The notes under the pieces were generated by a model, which was not told the origin of the DNA, did no database searches, and was given only the letters and a program-made list of their open reading frames with translations. Source: Myxococcales bacterium (GTDB taxonomy: Bacteria; Myxococcota_A; UBA9042; JABWCM01; BTVJ01). From it: DNA of 19,182 nucleotides. The position numbers were made by a program, and so were the translations under genes. Shown one piece after another: positions 16,866 to 19,182 of this stretch (positions within the stretch are counted from its first letter, which is position 1; the number at the start of each line of letters is the position of its first letter). Location of the stretch: NCBI GenBank assembly GCA_045863395.1, contig BTVJ01000122.1, positions 1-19,182 on the forward strand, given 5' to 3'.

Positions 16866-17179
16866 ATGGAGGTGCCCGCCATGACCCCGACGGAGAGCGC
16901 CCGGCAGGAGCCAGGACGTTCACCGGAGACGAGGTCCTGCGGATGGTGGAGGCCGGGATCCTCCGGGAGGACGAGCCTCTCGAGCTCGTGGAAGGGGAGC
17001 TCGTCGTGATGTCGCCTCAGGGGCCGGTCCACGGGTCGACGAACGTCCGCCTCCATCGCGCGCTGTCCCGCGTGTACGAGCCTGCAGCCCACGTCCAGGT
17101 GCAGAGCCACGTCGAGGCCGGCCCGCACGACCTGCCGGAGCCCGACGCTGCCGTCATCCGAGGAGCTGGCGTGTCGTAG
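16866..17179 (+). pseudogene. Uma2-family (DUF820) endonuclease remnant, frameshifted near the 5' end and 3'-truncated
   Basis: RTFTGDEVLRMVEAGILREDEPLELVEGELVVMSPQGPVH...LPEPDAAV is Uma2-like. The plausible starts (ATG 16866/16881) are out of frame with this region. TAG at 17177-17179 comes before the expected C-terminal half. Confidence 0.8.
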
Positions 17180-17211
17180 CGGCAGGGCTCCGGGCAGCGT
17201 GGATGATGCCG

Positions 17212-18123
17212 TCAGCTCCGGTCCAGGAGGGAGCAGTTGACCACCACCACCTCGTCGATCTCGCCCCGGCTGTCGGCCTTGGAGTTGATGAAGCGCCGCG
17301 CCCCCACCCGGTCGACCCGGACCGGGAGGCGTGCCGCCATCTCCTCGTAGAGCGCCAGGATCAGCGGGGCAGTGGAGTTGGAGAGCATGCAGAGGACGCC
17401 CCGCCGGGTCAGCTCCTCGAAGAGGACGGCCAGGCGGCGCTGGTCATCGCCGGTGAAGCCGTCCTTGGAGTAGGCGGTGAAGAAGCTGGTGGCGTTCAGC
17501 GGCTCGTAGGGAGGGTCGAAGTAGACGAAGTCGCCCGGGCGCGCGCGGTCCAGGAGGCCCTCGTCGAAGGGGCGCACCTCGATCTCGACCCCTTGGAGGG
17601 CGCGGCTCGTTGCGCGCAGCGACGCCGCGCGCACGATGTTCGGGTTCTTGTAGGCGCCGACCGGTACGTTGAACAGCCCGGAGGAGTTCTCGCGGTAGAG
17701 GCCGTTGAACCCCGTGCGGTTCAGGTAGATCATCAGCGCGGCGCGCTCGGTGGACGCGACCCCGCGGAGCGCGTTGAAGCGGTCACGCGCGGCGTAGTAG
17801 CCCGGGCCTGGCTCATACGGGTCGTGGGCAGCATCCAGCGCTCGGAGGTGTTCGATCACCGCCTCCACGTCGTCGCGGACTGCGCGCCAGGTGGCGATGA
17901 CGGTCGGGTTGACGTCGGCGAGGCGGGCCTCGCCCCGGATGGCGCCGCGGCGGACGAGGTCGAAGAACAGGGCGCCCCCCCCGACGAAGGGCTCATGATA
18001 GCCTTGGACCTCGGGGGGCATGCGGCCGGCCAGGGCGGTGAGGAGCTGACCCTTGCCGCCGGCCCACTTGAGGAAGGGCTGAGGCTCGGGGTCGTCTTCG
18101 AAGATCCTTGGTGGACGTCCCAT
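17212..18123 (-). CDS. dam: Dam-family (D12 class) N6-adenine DNA methyltransferase
   Basis: PFLKWAGGK, EPFVGGGA, YLNRTGFNGLYREN, FNVP and catalytic DPPY. The real start is most likely ATG 18123, not 18570. Confidence 0.92.
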   Translation of the reverse strand: MGRPPRIFEDDPEPQPFLKWAGGKGQLLTALAGRMPPEVQGYHEPFVGGGALFFDLVRRGAIRGEARLADVNPTVIATWRAVRDDVEAVIEHLRALDAAHDPYEPGPGYYAARDRFNALRGVASTERAALMIYLNRTGFNGLYRENSSGLFNVPVGAYKNPNIVRAASLRATSRALQGVEIEVRPFDEGLLDRARPGDFVYFDPPYEPLNATSFFTAYSKDGFTGDDQRRLAVLFEELTRRGVLCMLSNSTAPLILALYEEMAARLPVRVDRVGARRFINSKADSRGEIDEVVVVNCSLLDRS

Positions 18124-18175
18124 GGGGGCGCACGCTACATGGTCGCGTGAACGGCCGCAATCGAGGAGTGGAACC

Positions 18176-18805
18176 ATGGGAGATGTTCTGGAGCTGGTGT
18201 TGGTGACGGCGACCGCCGAGCTGCGCGACATGGAGGCGGTGCGGAGCGTCCTCGATGCCGCGGAGGAGTATGTGGGGGTCGTGCAGCAACAGGACGCGTG
18301 GCTTCGCATGGACGAGCACGGCGGCGGGCTCCTGGTGCGCAGCTCGGCGCTCGGGATGCACGCGGTGGTCGAGACCATGCGCCAGGACCGGGGGCCCGTG
18401 GGATTGGAGCGGCAGGTGCTGACGCCCATCGACGACGCACGGTGTCCACCAGCGCCTTGGGACACCATGGAGCCGCTGGTGGTCGTCCGACGGGGGCGGG
18501 AGGTGTGGCTCGCGGACAACGTGCGCCTGTACCTCGACTCCATGCCCGGAGTGGGGCAGTTCTTCCGCATCGAGGCGGTGGTGGATGCGGATCACCCCCC
18601 GGACCGGTGCCGCGAGGCGCTGCGGCGGCTGCTGCGACAGGCGGCGGTCCCCCTCGATGCGCTGCAGACGTCGAGCTACGGTGAGCTGGCGCTGGGGGCG
18701 GTGCCGGAGCCGGACGCGGGGCGGGCCGCGGAGATCGAGCGGATGAAGGCGAAGATCGAGCTGCTGCGGCCCATGGGACCGGAGGGCTCCCAGGGGCGCG
18801 GTTGA
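18176..18805 (+). CDS. CYTH / class IV adenylate cyclase-like protein with degenerate active site
   Basis: GAGGAG RBS before ATG 18176. QQQDAWL, VVVRRGREVW, NVRLYLDSMPGVGQFFRIEAVV and LQTSSYGEL match the CyaB scaffold (QxDTYF, VxKxRxxY, RIHLDxVxGLGxFxExEVV, SYxDL). Confidence 0.75.
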   Translation: MGDVLELVLVTATAELRDMEAVRSVLDAAEEYVGVVQQQDAWLRMDEHGGGLLVRSSALGMHAVVETMRQDRGPVGLERQVLTPIDDARCPPAPWDTMEPLVVVRRGREVWLADNVRLYLDSMPGVGQFFRIEAVVDADHPPDRCREALRRLLRQAAVPLDALQTSSYGELALGAVPEPDAGRAAEIERMKAKIELLRPMGPEGSQGRG

Positions 18806-18830
18806 CACGACGGGCGCCTTGGGCTATTCC
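18802..18830 (+). promoter_or_regulatory. Putative sigma70-type promoter overlapping the CYTH stop codon
   Basis: TTGACA (18802-18807), 17-nt spacer, TATTCC (18825-18830). Confidence 0.55.
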
Positions 18831-18872
18831 CCGGGCCGCGGAGCGCTGCGGCTGGGGGCGGAGGTGTGGGCC

Positions 18873-19181
18873 ATGAGTGACGGGGAGCTGAAGTCGAAGA
18901 CCGTGAAGGAGCTGCGCGCCCTTGCGGCGTCGCTGGGGATCTCGGGGGCGGGCAGGCTCCGCAAGGAGGAGCTGGTGGAGCGGCTGGTCGCGGCCGGCGA
19001 GGCGCGGGCCAGCGGGCCCACGGACGGAGCGGTGACCGTGCCCCCGGTTCTGGCGCCCACGCGGGAGCGCGGCAAGCCGTCGTCGGGGGCGGGCGTGGCT
19101 GTTCCAGAGAGATGTCCCGAGTCTCCTGCCGTCGCTTCGAGCGAAGTGGCCGTCGCTTCGAGCGAAGTGGCCGTCGCTTCG
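18873..19181 (+). CDS. Rho termination factor N-terminal (Rho-N) domain protein, partial
   Basis: Not in the ORF track. GGAGG RBS. Translation MSDGELKSKTVKELRALAASLGISGAGRLRKEELVERL is a typical Rho-N helix-extended-helix followed by a low-complexity linker; frame open to the window end. Confidence 0.82.
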   Translation, partial: MSDGELKSKTVKELRALAASLGISGAGRLRKEELVERLVAAGEARASGPTDGAVTVPPVLAPTRERGKPSSGAGVAVPERCPESPAVASSEVAVASSEVAVAS

Positions 19182-19182
19182 A
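19128..19182 (+). repeat. Perfect 21-nt tandem repeat GCCGTCGCTTCGAGCGAAGTG encoding AVASSEV
   Basis: Identical copies at 19128-19148 and 19149-19169, plus a partial copy at 19170-19182. Confidence 0.93.

Noticed and set aside
16866..18123. Functional type II restriction-modification system (Uma2 + Dam)
   Set aside because: The nuclease lacks its C-terminal catalytic half, and Uma2 genes are commonly scattered singletons.
18124..18570. N-terminal extension of dam in the 452-aa ORF
   Set aside because: It overlaps the CYTH-like gene on the other strand, and Dam similarity starts right after Met at 18123.
19128..19182. Possible CRISPR array
   Set aside because: The repeats are directly adjacent with no spacers, in frame within a gene, and no cas genes are present.

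Overview
Very GC-rich bacterial chromosomal DNA whose gene content (many Cys-rich lipoproteins with acidic D-x-x spacers, a PEGA protein, an MXAN_5808-like S41 protease, an orphan Afp15-like ATPase) points to Myxococcota or a related deltaproteobacterium (inference). Both window ends fall inside coding tandem repeats. The left 7.4 kb is a lipoprotein cluster: a partial Gly-Gly-Thr repeat lipoprotein; a Cys-rich lipoprotein ending in CNPWGPPAPP, translationally coupled to a ferritin-like diiron protein; a tandem pair of paralogous two-domain lipoproteins, one extended with 7 Cys-rich repeats and a beta-propeller; and an OB-fold + lamin-tail lipoprotein. The middle holds a double AAA+ ATPase divergent from an S41 protease plus a TPR/PEGA protein. 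The right side holds a thiolase, an SDR-SCP2-hydratase 2 fusion resembling a domain-shuffled peroxisomal MFE-2, a broken Uma2 nuclease, a Dam-family methyltransferase, a catalytically degenerate CYTH protein and a partial Rho-N domain gene. The best candidates for undescribed systems are the paralogous lipoprotein pair (possible stalk + tip adhesin filament), the ferritin-like/GPPxPP lipoprotein pair (possible protein-modification system) and the MFE-2-like fusion. All calls come from reading motifs by eye; no searches were run.
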